Shown: in pieces, positions 38,000-48,024 of the stretch
Numbering within the stretch: the stretch's first letter is position 1
Layout of the letters: each line of letters opens with the position of its first letter
Assembly: GCA_944325605.1 (NCBI GenBank)
Contig: CALVAX010000010.1
Coordinates: 5,933 to 69,932 of the forward strand
Origin: Candidatus Gastranaerophilales bacterium
GTDB taxonomy: Bacteria > Cyanobacteriota > Vampirovibrionia > Gastranaerophilales > Gastranaerophilaceae
Reading direction: 5' to 3'
DNA: 64,000 nucleotides
Program-made: the position numbers and the translations under genes
The notes under the pieces: model-generated
Databases searched by the model: none
What the model was told of the DNA's origin: nothing
The model's input: only the letters and a program-made list of their open reading frames with translations

Positions 38000-39235
38000 T
38001 TAAATATCTATACACGATTTATATTCTTCTACGAAAGTACAAACAATATCTGACAAAGATTTTTCCGTAAGATCTTTGAGAGGAAGAACAATTTCTCTGT
38101 TTTCCGGACTGTCAAGCCCGCTGTGCGTAATATACAGCACAATCTTGCCCAAACCTGCATAAACTATTGTCAAACGGCTTGTCTGTTTTAAACTTTTAAG
38201 ATGAAATATACACTGAAATTCATCTGTTGATTGCTCGATTTTTGTATCCGGCAGTTCATCCTCAAATACCTTCTGTAATCTGTAAAAGACAGGTGTTATA
38301 ACATTTTCCGTCTTTTTCAAGAACTTCTGCCTGAATAATTTAAAATCTTTCTTCTCAGGTTCAATTTCAATATTCCAATCTTTTTCCTGCAACGCCTGTT
38401 CTTTTTCTGTATATATACAGTAATCGTTTGCACTGAGCATTGCCTCAGATAATGCCGCTGATGCCTTCTGTTCTATAATTCTAAAATCTTTAGATGTTAT
38501 CTTTTCAATACCGGCTTTCAGCCTGAAAGCCTCCTGCAAATTTTCTTTTATTTTTCTAAATACTGCTATTCCGCCGTTAATATCTGTATTTGGCAACAAT
38601 ATATAGAACTTTGAGGTCTTTAATTCGACAACAGTGTCACTTTTCCTGACTGATAAACTCAGGGCACTTCTCAAAGCATCTAAAGAAAACCTTGCCCTGT
38701 CAAGTTCATCATAAGTGACAATCATAAACACACCATCCGCCAGAGCTTCAAACTCCTGATTTATAAGTTCGTTTGCACAACGCTCTGTATAAAATCCGCT
38801 TTCAGAGGATATAACATCCAATTCTTTTAAAAGTAATTCATTTTTATAAGCAATTCTTCTTTCTTCTGCGCGCTTTATAGCATTTACAACCTTAATCAAA
38901 ATATCCGCCGGTGTAGAAGACGGCAAAATATAATCATCAATTCCACAGTCATACATGCCTGCGATAAAGTCCGGTTCAGAAGATTTTGACAATAAAATTA
39001 AAAACACATGCCTGTCTTGCTCTTTTATATAACGGATTTGTGTTTCAATTGAGGTTTCTCTTCCATAAGAATCAAGCAAAATCACATCTGTGTAATATTT
39101 TTTGAATAAATCCTGAATTGCATCAAAACCGAGAGTCTCAATATCATCAGAATTTCTTAAAAGCAAAAGCTTTTCAGCAAGTTCTGTTTCTGCTTTTTTA
39201 TTGTCACTTATTAATATGATACTTTTATTTTTCAT
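38000..39235 (-). CDS. response-regulator receiver + degenerate GGDEF + unknown C-terminal domain
   Basis: REC-like N-terminus (VILLD). The GGDEF fold has ELKTSKFYILLPNTD in place of RxGGDEFxxLLP. Confidence 0.6.
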   Translation of the reverse strand: MKNKSIILISDNKKAETELAEKLLLLRNSDDIETLGFDAIQDLFKKYYTDVILLDSYGRETSIETQIRYIKEQDRHVFLILLSKSSEPDFIAGMYDCGIDDYILPSSTPADILIKVVNAIKRAEERRIAYKNELLLKELDVISSESGFYTERCANELINQEFEALADGVFMIVTYDELDRARFSLDALRSALSLSVRKSDTVVELKTSKFYILLPNTDINGGIAVFRKIKENLQEAFRLKAGIEKITSKDFRIIEQKASAALSEAMLSANDYCIYTEKEQALQEKDWNIEIEPEKKDFKLFRQKFLKKTENVITPVFYRLQKVFEDELPDTKIEQSTDEFQCIFHLKSLKQTSRLTIVYAGLGKIVLYITHSGLDSPENREIVLPLKDLTEKSLSDIVCTFVEEYKSCIDI

Positions 39236-39240
39236 AAACT

Positions 39241-40149
39241 TTACACTTGCAAATGCTTTTTAATACACAGGAAGCTTCCGCCGGCGCCGAAGAGCGTTCC
39301 GACCGCAAACATTATAATAATAACAATATTCTGTGCATAAATCGGAGATGGCACCATAAAGAATTGATGCATATTGATTAAGCCGTTCTGAACAAAATTC
39401 AGCGGAATAAGCGCAATTAAAGCCCCGGTAAACCCGTAAAAAGCACCCTGCATAATTAACGGGAACCTTATATACCAGTTGCTGACTCCCATTAAGCGCA
39501 TGATTTCAATCTCATCTTTTCTTGACTGTATAACAAGCTGAATAGTATTATTAATAATGGTAATCGTTAATATTGCCATTATTATTACAACAAAAACCGT
39601 AATAGTGTTTACTACATGGTTAAGCATCTGAATTCGTTTGGCCAAATCCTGTGCATAACTCATATCTTCAACCGAAGACAGCTCTTTTATCTTATTAAAC
39701 ACAGGCTCTATATTCTCAGGCTTGTCAACCTTTACGTGCAAAGTGTCCGGCAATGGATTTGTCACATCCGGAAGATTCATCTCCCTTTTCAGGTTTGCCC
39801 ACGAAACATCCTTTGGTATAATCTTTACACCTTCTACATATTCAAAATCCTTTATCCTGTTCTTAACAGTATTCGGGTCTGATCCTGATTTGAGATATAC
39901 TGAAATTTCAAGAACATTTCCCAGTTCATGCGCAAACGATGAAATAGACATTGCTGTTCTGAAAAAAGCTCCGAAAATTGTAAGAATTGCAGCCATTGTC
40001 GTGATTATGACAATATTCACAATACCGGTTCTTTTTATATCATTAAAAGTTTCCATTGAAAGACGGTACAAAATTCTAAGTTCGCACAGCCAGTCTTTCG
40101 GTATATGTTTTTTAACTTTCTTTTTTATTTTAAGTTTTTGATCATTCAT
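39241..40149 (-). CDS. ftsX: cell division permease FtsX
   Basis: 4-TM FtsX topology with a large first loop. It overlaps the ftsE stop. Confidence 0.85.
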   Translation of the reverse strand: MNDQKLKIKKKVKKHIPKDWLCELRILYRLSMETFNDIKRTGIVNIVIITTMAAILTIFGAFFRTAMSISSFAHELGNVLEISVYLKSGSDPNTVKNRIKDFEYVEGVKIIPKDVSWANLKREMNLPDVTNPLPDTLHVKVDKPENIEPVFNKIKELSSVEDMSYAQDLAKRIQMLNHVVNTITVFVVIIMAILTITIINNTIQLVIQSRKDEIEIMRLMGVSNWYIRFPLIMQGAFYGFTGALIALIPLNFVQNGLINMHQFFMVPSPIYAQNIVIIIMFAVGTLFGAGGSFLCIKKHLQV

Positions 40150-40819
40150 AAGTACCTGCTTGTATATCTCTTACAATTTCACCTTTATCAAGAGTAATTA
40201 CACGTTTTCTGAAATAATCAACCATGGCATTATCATGAGTTGATACAATAACAGTTATCCCTCTTTGATTAATTTGATCTAAAATCTGCATAATTTCAAG
40301 TGAATTTTTAGGGTCAAGGTTTCCTGTAGGTTCATCTGCAATCAACAGCGGAGGCCCGTTTACGATTGCACGTGCAATACCGACCCTCTGTTGTTCGCCG
40401 CCAGAAAGTTCAGCAGGAGTGGCATGCATTTTGTCATACAATCCGACAATCTTCAATGCTCCGGTAACCCTTGCATTAATTTCTCTTGAGCTGATTCCGA
40501 GAGTTCTGATAACATAAGCCACATTATCGTAAACACTCTGGTTTTGCAGAAGCTTATAATCCTGAAAAACAATTCCCATACATCTTCTTAAATTAGGGAC
40601 TTTGTCATTTGAAAGATTTGCGATATTAATGCCGCCGATTGTGACGGTTCCGCTTGTCGGACGCTCTTCGTTGTAAAGAAGTTTCATCAAAGTAGACTTC
40701 CCTGCCCCCGAGGCACCGACAATAAACACAAATTCTCCTGATAAAATATCAAGATTTATATTTTTCAATGCATAATTATCATTTTTATATTTTTTGGTAA
40801 CTGCTCTGAACTGAATCAT
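40142..40819 (-). CDS. ftsE: cell division ATP-binding protein FtsE
   Basis: GASGAGKST, LSGGEQQRVGIARA and LLIADEPTGNLD motifs. 225 aa. Confidence 0.9.
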   Translation of the reverse strand: MIQFRAVTKKYKNDNYALKNINLDILSGEFVFIVGASGAGKSTLMKLLYNEERPTSGTVTIGGINIANLSNDKVPNLRRCMGIVFQDYKLLQNQSVYDNVAYVIRTLGISSREINARVTGALKIVGLYDKMHATPAELSGGEQQRVGIARAIVNGPPLLIADEPTGNLDPKNSLEIMQILDQINQRGITVIVSTHDNAMVDYFRKRVITLDKGEIVRDIQAGTYE

Positions 40820-40825
40820 TTTAAA

Positions 40826-41779
40826 TTACCCCTTTTTACTAATTTCTTCTTTTATTGTTCCGGCAAGCTTTTCGGCCGACAAGCCATAATAATCTAAAAG
40901 AAAATCTGCTTTTCCGCTCTGGCCGAACCTGTCGTTTACACCTATTCTTTTGACTTTTGCCGGATAATATTCCGCCAAAACTTCACATACCGCACTGCCA
41001 AGCCCGCCGATTACAGAATGATTTTCAACAGTTATAACAAGTCCTGTTTTACGTGCAGATTCGACAACAGCTTCTACATCCACGGGCTTCACAACGGGCA
41101 TGTGAAGAATTCTTATTGAAATTCCGTCTTCTTTAAGCTTGCGGCATGCTTCAATTACTTCAGCCAGCGTTTCTCCGTTTGTGATAACTGTTGCCTCAGT
41201 TCCATCCTCTATGACTTTTGCCTTTGCAATATCAAATTTATAACTGTCATCAAATATATCACAGACATTTGTTCTTGGAATTCTGATATACATAGGCCCG
41301 TAATTTGCTGCGGCATATTCAATAACTTGTTCGCACTCTCTGCAATCAGCAGGAACAATAACTGTCATATGCGGCAAACCTCTCATAAGAGCAACATCTT
41401 CAAGAGCCTGATGACTTGCACCATCTTCTCCTACTGTCACGCCGCCGTGAGTACCGACTATTTTTACATTGAACTCAGGATAACAAACAGAATTTCTAAT
41501 CTGATCATAAGTTCTTCCGGTTGCAAACATTGCAAAACTTGCAGCAAAAGGTATTTTGCCGGAAGACGCCAGACCGGCCGCAGTTGCAATCATATCCTGT
41601 TCCGCGATTCCACAGTCAAAAAATCTTTCCGGAAAACTTTTTGCAAAAATTTGAGTTTGAGTAGAGCATGCCAGATCAGCATCCAGAACAACAATATTTT
41701 TGTTCAAATGCCCCAAACGCTCTAGAGTCTTGCCAAAAGCAGATCTGATTGATTTTGTTTCTTTTCTGTTCAATATCAT
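40826..41779 (-). CDS. transketolase, C-terminal (pyrimidine-binding) subunit
   Basis: GIAEQDMIATAAGLA and HGGVTVGEDGASHQALEDVALMRGLP motifs. No N-terminal subunit gene is adjacent. Confidence 0.85.
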   Translation of the reverse strand: MILNRKETKSIRSAFGKTLERLGHLNKNIVVLDADLACSTQTQIFAKSFPERFFDCGIAEQDMIATAAGLASSGKIPFAASFAMFATGRTYDQIRNSVCYPEFNVKIVGTHGGVTVGEDGASHQALEDVALMRGLPHMTVIVPADCRECEQVIEYAAANYGPMYIRIPRTNVCDIFDDSYKFDIAKAKVIEDGTEATVITNGETLAEVIEACRKLKEDGISIRILHMPVVKPVDVEAVVESARKTGLVITVENHSVIGGLGSAVCEVLAEYYPAKVKRIGVNDRFGQSGKADFLLDYYGLSAEKLAGTIKEEISKKG

Positions 41780-42044
41780 AAAAGTCCGGCCTCGTATTCC
41801 CTCTGTCAATAATTATACACACAACATATTAACATAAATAAGTCAGTTATGACAAATTAAAGAATTTTATATTAGAAGTTTTGTAAATATTTTAAAGGTT
41901 GAAAGTCATTGTTAACAATGTTTTTGCTAATATTATGTTAAGAATTATTAAAAATATGATTTTATATAGCAATTTATTTTTTTCAGGGATATTAAAACAG
42001 TAGAATAGGAATAAAATATTTATTTATTGAAAGGAAACGATAAT

Positions 42045-43199
42045 ATGATGCAAATTCCAAATCTCCCCAATCCTTACATGCAGGTAGCACAACCTCAACA
42101 GCAGCCGCAAAGCTACAACGCTGTCAAAATTGATGTTCACAATCCGTCAGTAATTGCACCTGGCGTAGCAGCAATGCCTCAGGCACAATACGCACAACCG
42201 ACAATGCCTTATTACAACTACCCGCAGTCTTCAGTTTACCAGTATCCTCAGGCACCGATTCAACCATACTACATGCCTGCACAACAACCAACTATAATTC
42301 CTCCGCAGGTTACGGAACAAACACCTTCTGCTCCGACAGCTCCGGCAGTTGCAACAGAAGTTCCGCAGACTCCGCAGCCTGAAGTTCCGCAGCCGGTTGT
42401 AACTCAAAAACCTGCAGAACAACAGCCTAAAGCTCAACAGACCCCTCAAATCGAAACTCCTGCCCCGCTTGAACCGCAGGTTGATTTGAACGGTTTTATC
42501 GCTAAATTAACAAACCCTGATTATGAAGTTCAGGCAGCAGGCATGGAAGAAATAGCCAATATGGTTAAAGACAACCCGCAAAAAGCAACTGAATTACTTG
42601 ATGTTAAAGTAATGGATACTTTAAATAAGATTATTAACACAGATTCTTCAAAACTTGCAGGCCCGACTCCGGAACAAATCGCAGCAAGACAAAAATTAAT
42701 GAAGAACGAAAAAATGACAGATGCTGAAAAAGCACTTGCAACTTCAATCACGCCGATGGAACAGGCTGAAAGAAACAAAAGCTATGCAATGTTCACAACT
42801 GCAATCTTGCAAAAACTCTACTCAGAAGAAGTTGCAAAATTGACAAACACAACAGTTCCTCTGACAGAACTTCCCGGCGCAGTGTCAATCGTTGAACAAC
42901 TCAAGAACAACCCGAACCCGATGGTAAGAACTTCTGCAATTGAAGCTTTAAGCTATATTCAACAGCCGGCATACAAAGCAGATCTGAATACCTTGTTCAC
43001 AATTGCTAAGAACGATCAGGACAAAAACGTACAGGATGCAGCAAATGCAGCACTTGCAAAATTAAACCAGATGCAAGACTCAAATACACAGGCAAAAACA
43101 ATTGAAATGACTCCTGCTGCGCAACCGGCACAAAACCCTCAGCAAGCTAAATCTGTCGAAATGAACCCTGCAGCTCAAGCTCCGGCACAAGCAGCATAA
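42045..43199 (+). CDS. P/Q-rich protein with C-terminal HEAT-like repeats
   Basis: About 150 aa of low-complexity PQ region. Then NPNPMVRTSAIEALS and DKNVQDAANAALAKL, which look like HEAT/PBS-lyase repeats. Confidence 0.6.
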   Translation: MMQIPNLPNPYMQVAQPQQQPQSYNAVKIDVHNPSVIAPGVAAMPQAQYAQPTMPYYNYPQSSVYQYPQAPIQPYYMPAQQPTIIPPQVTEQTPSAPTAPAVATEVPQTPQPEVPQPVVTQKPAEQQPKAQQTPQIETPAPLEPQVDLNGFIAKLTNPDYEVQAAGMEEIANMVKDNPQKATELLDVKVMDTLNKIINTDSSKLAGPTPEQIAARQKLMKNEKMTDAEKALATSITPMEQAERNKSYAMFTTAILQKLYSEEVAKLTNTTVPLTELPGAVSIVEQLKNNPNPMVRTSAIEALSYIQQPAYKADLNTLFTIAKNDQDKNVQDAANAALAKLNQMQDSNTQAKTIEMTPAAQPAQNPQQAKSVEMNPAAQAPAQAA

Positions 43200-43230
43200 G
43201 CACAATCAATTCCTTTCTTTAAATAAAACT

Positions 43231-43262
43231 AAAAGCTCTTAAGAATTTCTTAAGGGCTTTTT
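43231..43262. terminator. bidirectional rho-independent terminator
   Basis: AAAAGCTCTTAAG, loop AATTT, CTTAAGGGCTTTT. It lies between convergent genes. Confidence 0.75.
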
Positions 43263-43293
43263 AATAATTAAACTAAATACCAAAAACCTGCAG

Positions 43294-43998
43294 CTAAACT
43301 TCCGCCTGTTCGGTTTGTCTGCTTGCCGGATAAGGCAGAAGGTTTTCATATCCTGCCAGTTCTGACATCTGTTCTCCCCATTGATAAATAATTTCATCTT
43401 CGGGAAGTTTATAAGAAATCGGTTTTCCAATATGCAGTTTTACATTACGTCTTGTGAAAGGTTTAAGCTTGGGATACCCGTCAAAGCCTTCAATACCGAC
43501 AGGCAGGATATCAGCCTTTGCGTTTTTGGCAATTACAACAAAACCTTTTTTAACCTCATCAATTTTTCCGTAAGGCCTTATTCCGCCCTGCGGGAAAACG
43601 CCTAAAGACCAGCTTGTGGAAAGAATATCTCTTACGGTTTTAAAAGTTGCAATCTCCGGCTTTGAACGGTCGACTGCGAAAGCGCCGAGACGTTTTACAA
43701 GCCAGCTTAGTTTTTCTTTAGGATCAAACAATTCTTTTTTAGCCATATAAGCAATAGGCTTTCCGGTTGCCATAGAAACCATCGGCGGGTCAAATATTGA
43801 AACATGGTTTGCAGTATAGATAAATTTTCCGTTCTTTTCTTCTTTCGGAAGGTTTTCTCTTCCCGTGATTTCGTAGTTGTAGAAAATCTTCATAAACGGA
43901 ACAACAACAGTATAAAGAAAAGTCATATAGAACATCGTTCGGAATATTCCATATTCCGAAGGATATCTTCTGTTATAATTTCTTTGTTTTCCAGCCAT
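43294..43998 (-). CDS. plsC: 1-acyl-sn-glycerol-3-phosphate acyltransferase
   Basis: NHVSIFDPP (HX4D) and FPQGG motifs. Confidence 0.85.
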   Translation of the reverse strand: MAGKQRNYNRRYPSEYGIFRTMFYMTFLYTVVVPFMKIFYNYEITGRENLPKEEKNGKFIYTANHVSIFDPPMVSMATGKPIAYMAKKELFDPKEKLSWLVKRLGAFAVDRSKPEIATFKTVRDILSTSWSLGVFPQGGIRPYGKIDEVKKGFVVIAKNAKADILPVGIEGFDGYPKLKPFTRRNVKLHIGKPISYKLPEDEIIYQWGEQMSELAGYENLLPYPASRQTEQAEV

Positions 43999-44010
43999 AT
44001 CTTAAAACTC

Positions 44011-44715
44011 CTAACTAACTTTTTTTTCAGATTCGATATTTTCAATATACTTAAAACCTGTTAATTCCTGAATAGATTTAGACCATTCTGCAACAACCTT
44101 TTCCGTGTCATCGCTGTATGGAATAGGTTTGCCTATTTTCACAACAATTTGCCCGGAAAAAGGCAATCTTTTAACTTCATTTGTTCCAATTATGCCGACA
44201 GGAAGAACTGCACATTTTGTAATTTTTGCAAGACCGGCAAAACCTTTTGATATATTTGAAATAGTTCCGGGTTCCTCTCTTGTACCCTGAGGGAAAATTC
44301 CGAATACCCAGCTGCTTTTTTTAATATTCATAACAGTTTTAATCGTGGAAGGGCCAAGACTTTCTCTGTTGACAGCAAATGCTCCGAGCCAGTCTATCCA
44401 CCATCTCAAAAACCTGATGTCAAACAGTTCTTTCTTTGCCATAAACGAAACCCGTCTTGGCAAAACAGCAGCCACAAGAGGAGGATCTAAAGTTGACAGA
44501 TGATTAGGGCAAACGATATACGCGTTATCTTTCGGAACATTTTCAAGCCCCTCTACCTTCAGCCTGTATACAAGCTTCAGCCTTATCATATAGAATATTT
44601 TGCAAACTATCCACTGAAAAACCGACCGCCACAAATTAAATGTTTCGACGGGTCTGTTTGAATAATTTTTTGGATCTTTACTCATTCGGTACTCCTCAAA
44701 AATATTATATATCAA
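44011..44715 (-). CDS. 1-acyl-sn-glycerol-3-phosphate acyltransferase paralog
   Basis: NHLSTLDPP (HX4D) and FPQGTR motifs. In tandem with the previous gene. Confidence 0.85.
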   Translation of the reverse strand: MIYNIFEEYRMSKDPKNYSNRPVETFNLWRSVFQWIVCKIFYMIRLKLVYRLKVEGLENVPKDNAYIVCPNHLSTLDPPLVAAVLPRRVSFMAKKELFDIRFLRWWIDWLGAFAVNRESLGPSTIKTVMNIKKSSWVFGIFPQGTREEPGTISNISKGFAGLAKITKCAVLPVGIIGTNEVKRLPFSGQIVVKIGKPIPYSDDTEKVVAEWSKSIQELTGFKYIENIESEKKVS

Positions 44716-44787
44716 AATTTATATTGAACAATAGTTATTTTTCTTATATAATTCACCTGACAGGCTATATTTAAGAAGGAGAAAGCG

Positions 44788-47055
44788 ATGACGTTATGCC
44801 GAAAATCAAATAACAGACTTGAAAACGAACTTTTCGAAAGCGTTTACGAAAAAACCCCCGAATACATAAAAGAACTTAATTTAATGGATTTTAATAATAA
44901 AGGTGAATTTACATTTACATTAAAGAAAGAACATCTTGCCCCTTATGACAAAGAAAGAAATCCGGAAGGATTAAATCTTAAAGAATGGTTTGCCAATTAT
45001 GCAAAGGAAGCTAAGGTTTCAACGGCAGGAATCCGAGGCCCGCAGAATATTCTTTTTCCGCAGGACACGAGATTTCCGATTAACCTTGTCGGAATTGTCC
45101 TTGCAACTTTAGCCAAAGCCCTTGTCGCAAAAGAAAAATATTCAGGAAAAGAAATTTTAAAAATTGCAGGAAGAGAAGTAAGATACAACTCTGACCTTTA
45201 TCTTGAAGCAATCGCAAGAGTTCAGGCTGCCCAAGGGATTAAAACACTGCTACCGGAAGGCAGAAAAACCATTCCAATCTGGCTTGCGTCATTTTTGGCA
45301 TTCAAGCTTGACCTTCTGGGCGGCGAATATATAACTTCATCTCACGGCATTTCGGTCAAAAATGCAACAAAAGACTTAAACTCTCAAGGCAGCCAGTATT
45401 TGCCGGAAGAAAGCCTTGAGTTTGTCGATAAAATAAACGAAATTTTTGAAAAAACCGAAAAAGACGGTAAATATGAAATCAAAATTGCAAAATCCGACAG
45501 CGCGCTTATTGATGAAAAAATAATGAAAAAGCTTGAGGACGGAACGAACTTATATGTAGAATATTTGAAATCAGGAGTTGCGCAAAAACAGAATTTAAAT
45601 CTTATAAAAGGACTGGAAGATAAAATTGTCATAGAAAACGTAGGCGGTTCAGCTTACAGAACTCTGGGAAGAGTATTAAAAAAACTTGATATTGCTGACA
45701 AATTTATCTGGTTTAATACGGAAGAAGATCCTTTCTTCCACTCTATCGGGAAATACGACCATACCCCAAAAGGCGAAAAAGCCTTCTACGATTATTCAGT
45801 AGATGCAACGGTTCTTGCAAAACGCCAGAACGGAGAGAAATTCTTCCCTGTTATTGAAACAATGCACTATGAAGAAAAACTTAAAGATCTGCCGTATTTA
45901 ACAACGGTCTTAATCACTGATCCGGATCATGACAGGCTGACAATCGCCCAGAAGGAAACTATCTTAAGAATTCCGAAACTTGAAGAGGCAGGGATTGATT
46001 ACATAAAACTTGACGACAAATCAATTCTTACGATCTTCACGGCAAATCAGGCATTTCTAATGCTTATGGATTTTCAGGCAAAACAACTGAAAGCGCAAGG
46101 GTTATGGAAAAATCATCCGAGATTTATGATAAAAACAACGGCATCGGCTCTAAGCTGGGATGAATGGGCAAAACATCAGGGAGTAAAAGTTGTCAATGTA
46201 CCTGTCGGCTTTAAAGAAATTGCAAACATAATGAAAAAGGTTGAACTTAAACTGAAAAAAGCGCCGGAAAAAGAAGTTATTGTTGACGATGTATTTTCAA
46301 ACCCGATTAACCTCGGCGTAAACCCGCGGCTTATATTTGCAGGCGAAGAAAGCGGAGGCATGATTATGGGAACGGAAGAACTCATCAAATCAAATGCCGG
46401 AAGATGCGCGGTTGCTATGCGCGAAAAAAGTGCAACAGAAGCCATAATTGTAGCGTCAGCCCTGATTGCAAGCCTGAAAGACGTATCTCTTTCCAGAAAT
46501 CTTGTTAGAATCTTTGACGAATGCTCAATTAAAGGCCGATATGATACCAGAATAGATATTGCCTATTATAACGAATCCGAACCGGATATTGAGAAACTCA
46601 AACAGGCCAAAATCGAAGGGGAAAAGAAAAGAACAGAAAATGACCTGTTCTATTTGACAATGGCAATTGCAGTTAAAGAAGGTAAAATGACACTTGATGA
46701 TGTAAAAGAAGTTCTTAATGATTCCTTCAAAAGCCTTTGTTTTGACAATCTTTTGTCAATAAAATTTGTGGGCGACGGCACATATCTTGAATTCAACGAC
46801 AAATTTATAGAAATCCGTCCTTCCGGCACTGACGCAAAAACAAAAGCCTACGGAGCCGGAATTGACAAACAGGTGCTGGAACTTTATGCGGCCAATATGG
46901 GCAACTACAGCGGATTTAGAACCGAACTTCATAAAAAATTCATTGATGACGCATTCTACAATTCAACAAAAGATAAAGCCATGGAATATTATCTTGCTTT
47001 TGTTGATAAAGACGCTAACAATGAAAAATTTGAAATTCCTGAATATAATTTTTAA
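44788..47055 (+). CDS. alpha-D-phosphohexomutase superfamily protein, unusually long (755 aa)
   Basis: Mg loop DPDHDR, sugar loop GEESGG, phosphate loop RPSGTDAKTK. The active-site loop reads TSSHGIS instead of TASHNP. Confidence 0.7.
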   Translation: MTLCRKSNNRLENELFESVYEKTPEYIKELNLMDFNNKGEFTFTLKKEHLAPYDKERNPEGLNLKEWFANYAKEAKVSTAGIRGPQNILFPQDTRFPINLVGIVLATLAKALVAKEKYSGKEILKIAGREVRYNSDLYLEAIARVQAAQGIKTLLPEGRKTIPIWLASFLAFKLDLLGGEYITSSHGISVKNATKDLNSQGSQYLPEESLEFVDKINEIFEKTEKDGKYEIKIAKSDSALIDEKIMKKLEDGTNLYVEYLKSGVAQKQNLNLIKGLEDKIVIENVGGSAYRTLGRVLKKLDIADKFIWFNTEEDPFFHSIGKYDHTPKGEKAFYDYSVDATVLAKRQNGEKFFPVIETMHYEEKLKDLPYLTTVLITDPDHDRLTIAQKETILRIPKLEEAGIDYIKLDDKSILTIFTANQAFLMLMDFQAKQLKAQGLWKNHPRFMIKTTASALSWDEWAKHQGVKVVNVPVGFKEIANIMKKVELKLKKAPEKEVIVDDVFSNPINLGVNPRLIFAGEESGGMIMGTEELIKSNAGRCAVAMREKSATEAIIVASALIASLKDVSLSRNLVRIFDECSIKGRYDTRIDIAYYNESEPDIEKLKQAKIEGEKKRTENDLFYLTMAIAVKEGKMTLDDVKEVLNDSFKSLCFDNLLSIKFVGDGTYLEFNDKFIEIRPSGTDAKTKAYGAGIDKQVLELYAANMGNYSGFRTELHKKFIDDAFYNSTKDKAMEYYLAFVDKDANNEKFEIPEYNF

Positions 47056-47076
47056 TTAATTAATAAAAATAAAAAG

Positions 47077-47109
47077 CAGCTCCTGACAGACTGGTCGGGA
47101 GTTGTTTTT
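47077..47109 (+). terminator. rho-independent terminator
   Basis: CAGCTCCTGAC, loop AGACTG, GTCGGGAGTTG, then TTTTTA. Confidence 0.7.
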
Positions 47110-47161
47110 ATTTATCAAAATAATTAGGCCGCCAAGTTTCAAACTGTGCTATAATCAGCTT

Positions 47162-48013
47162 ATGAAAATAAGAAAGCTATATAAATCAGAAAAAACTGTT
47201 ATTTCTTTTGAAATATTTCCGCCGGATTGTGAAGAGAAATTTTCACGGCTAAACAATGAAATAACTGTTTTAAGCAGTTATACCCCTGCATTTTTTTCCT
47301 TAACCTGCGGGGCTTCCGGTAAAAAAAATTCTTACTCAAAAAATATTTTAGAAAGATTAAACACACATGTAAAAACGGACATAATGCCGCACTTTACCTG
47401 CATAAGCTGCTCAAAATCCGAAATTGACAGCCGGATAGAATTTCTAAAATCACAGAAAATTGAAAACATTCTTGCACTCAGAGGAGATTTTCCGGAAAAC
47501 ACGAATGAAATCTGCAAAGAATTCTGCCACGCAAATGAACTTGTAGAATATCTTAAAACGAAAACTGATTTTTCAATAGCTGTCGCAGGCTATCCTGAAG
47601 GCCATATTGAAAGCCCGTCAATAAAAAAAGACATTGAAAATTTGAAAAAGAAAATTGATGCAGGAGCCGATGCAATTTTTACCCAGATGTTTTTTATAAA
47701 TAACAAATTTTTCTCTTATCTTGAAAATCTTGAAAATGCAGGAATTAATGTACCTGTAATAGCAGGGATTATGCCGGTCATAAGCGCAAAACAGCTTGAT
47801 AAAATGACGCAGCTTGCAAGAATTACAGTTCCATCAGCGCTTAAGGACAAAATACAAACACACGCAGCCGATAAAAACTATATTAAAAACCTCGGAATAG
47901 AATTTTCAACAGCCCAATGCAAAGAACTGCTTGAAAACAAGATAAAAGGACTCCACTTTTTCACACTAAACAGAGCGTATTCAACATCAAAAATTTTAGA
48001 CAATATTTTATAA
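47162..48013 (+). CDS. metF: methylenetetrahydrofolate reductase
   Basis: ISFEIFPP, ENILALRGD and AGYPEGH motifs. TGCTATAAT (47147-47155) ends 6 nt before the ATG. Confidence 0.9.
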   Translation: MKIRKLYKSEKTVISFEIFPPDCEEKFSRLNNEITVLSSYTPAFFSLTCGASGKKNSYSKNILERLNTHVKTDIMPHFTCISCSKSEIDSRIEFLKSQKIENILALRGDFPENTNEICKEFCHANELVEYLKTKTDFSIAVAGYPEGHIESPSIKKDIENLKKKIDAGADAIFTQMFFINNKFFSYLENLENAGINVPVIAGIMPVISAKQLDKMTQLARITVPSALKDKIQTHAADKNYIKNLGIEFSTAQCKELLENKIKGLHFFTLNRAYSTSKILDNIL

Positions 48014-48024
48014 CAGGAGGAATT

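Noticed and set aside
43294-44715. Tandem plsC paralogs as a notable feature.
   Set aside because: This is a simple paralog pair with intact HX4D motifs, commonly seen, with no unusual signal.
47102-47161. Upstream start (47102) of the metF ORF in the track; likewise 501 for fmt, 14696 for GT8, 17974 for the SDR, 25359 for EamA, 41809 for transketolase and 42027 for the PQ-rich protein.
   Set aside because: These extensions overlap a terminator or the preceding gene, use non-ATG codons, or add non-conserved residues. Internal ATGs fit the conserved N-termini and the RBS or promoter signals.
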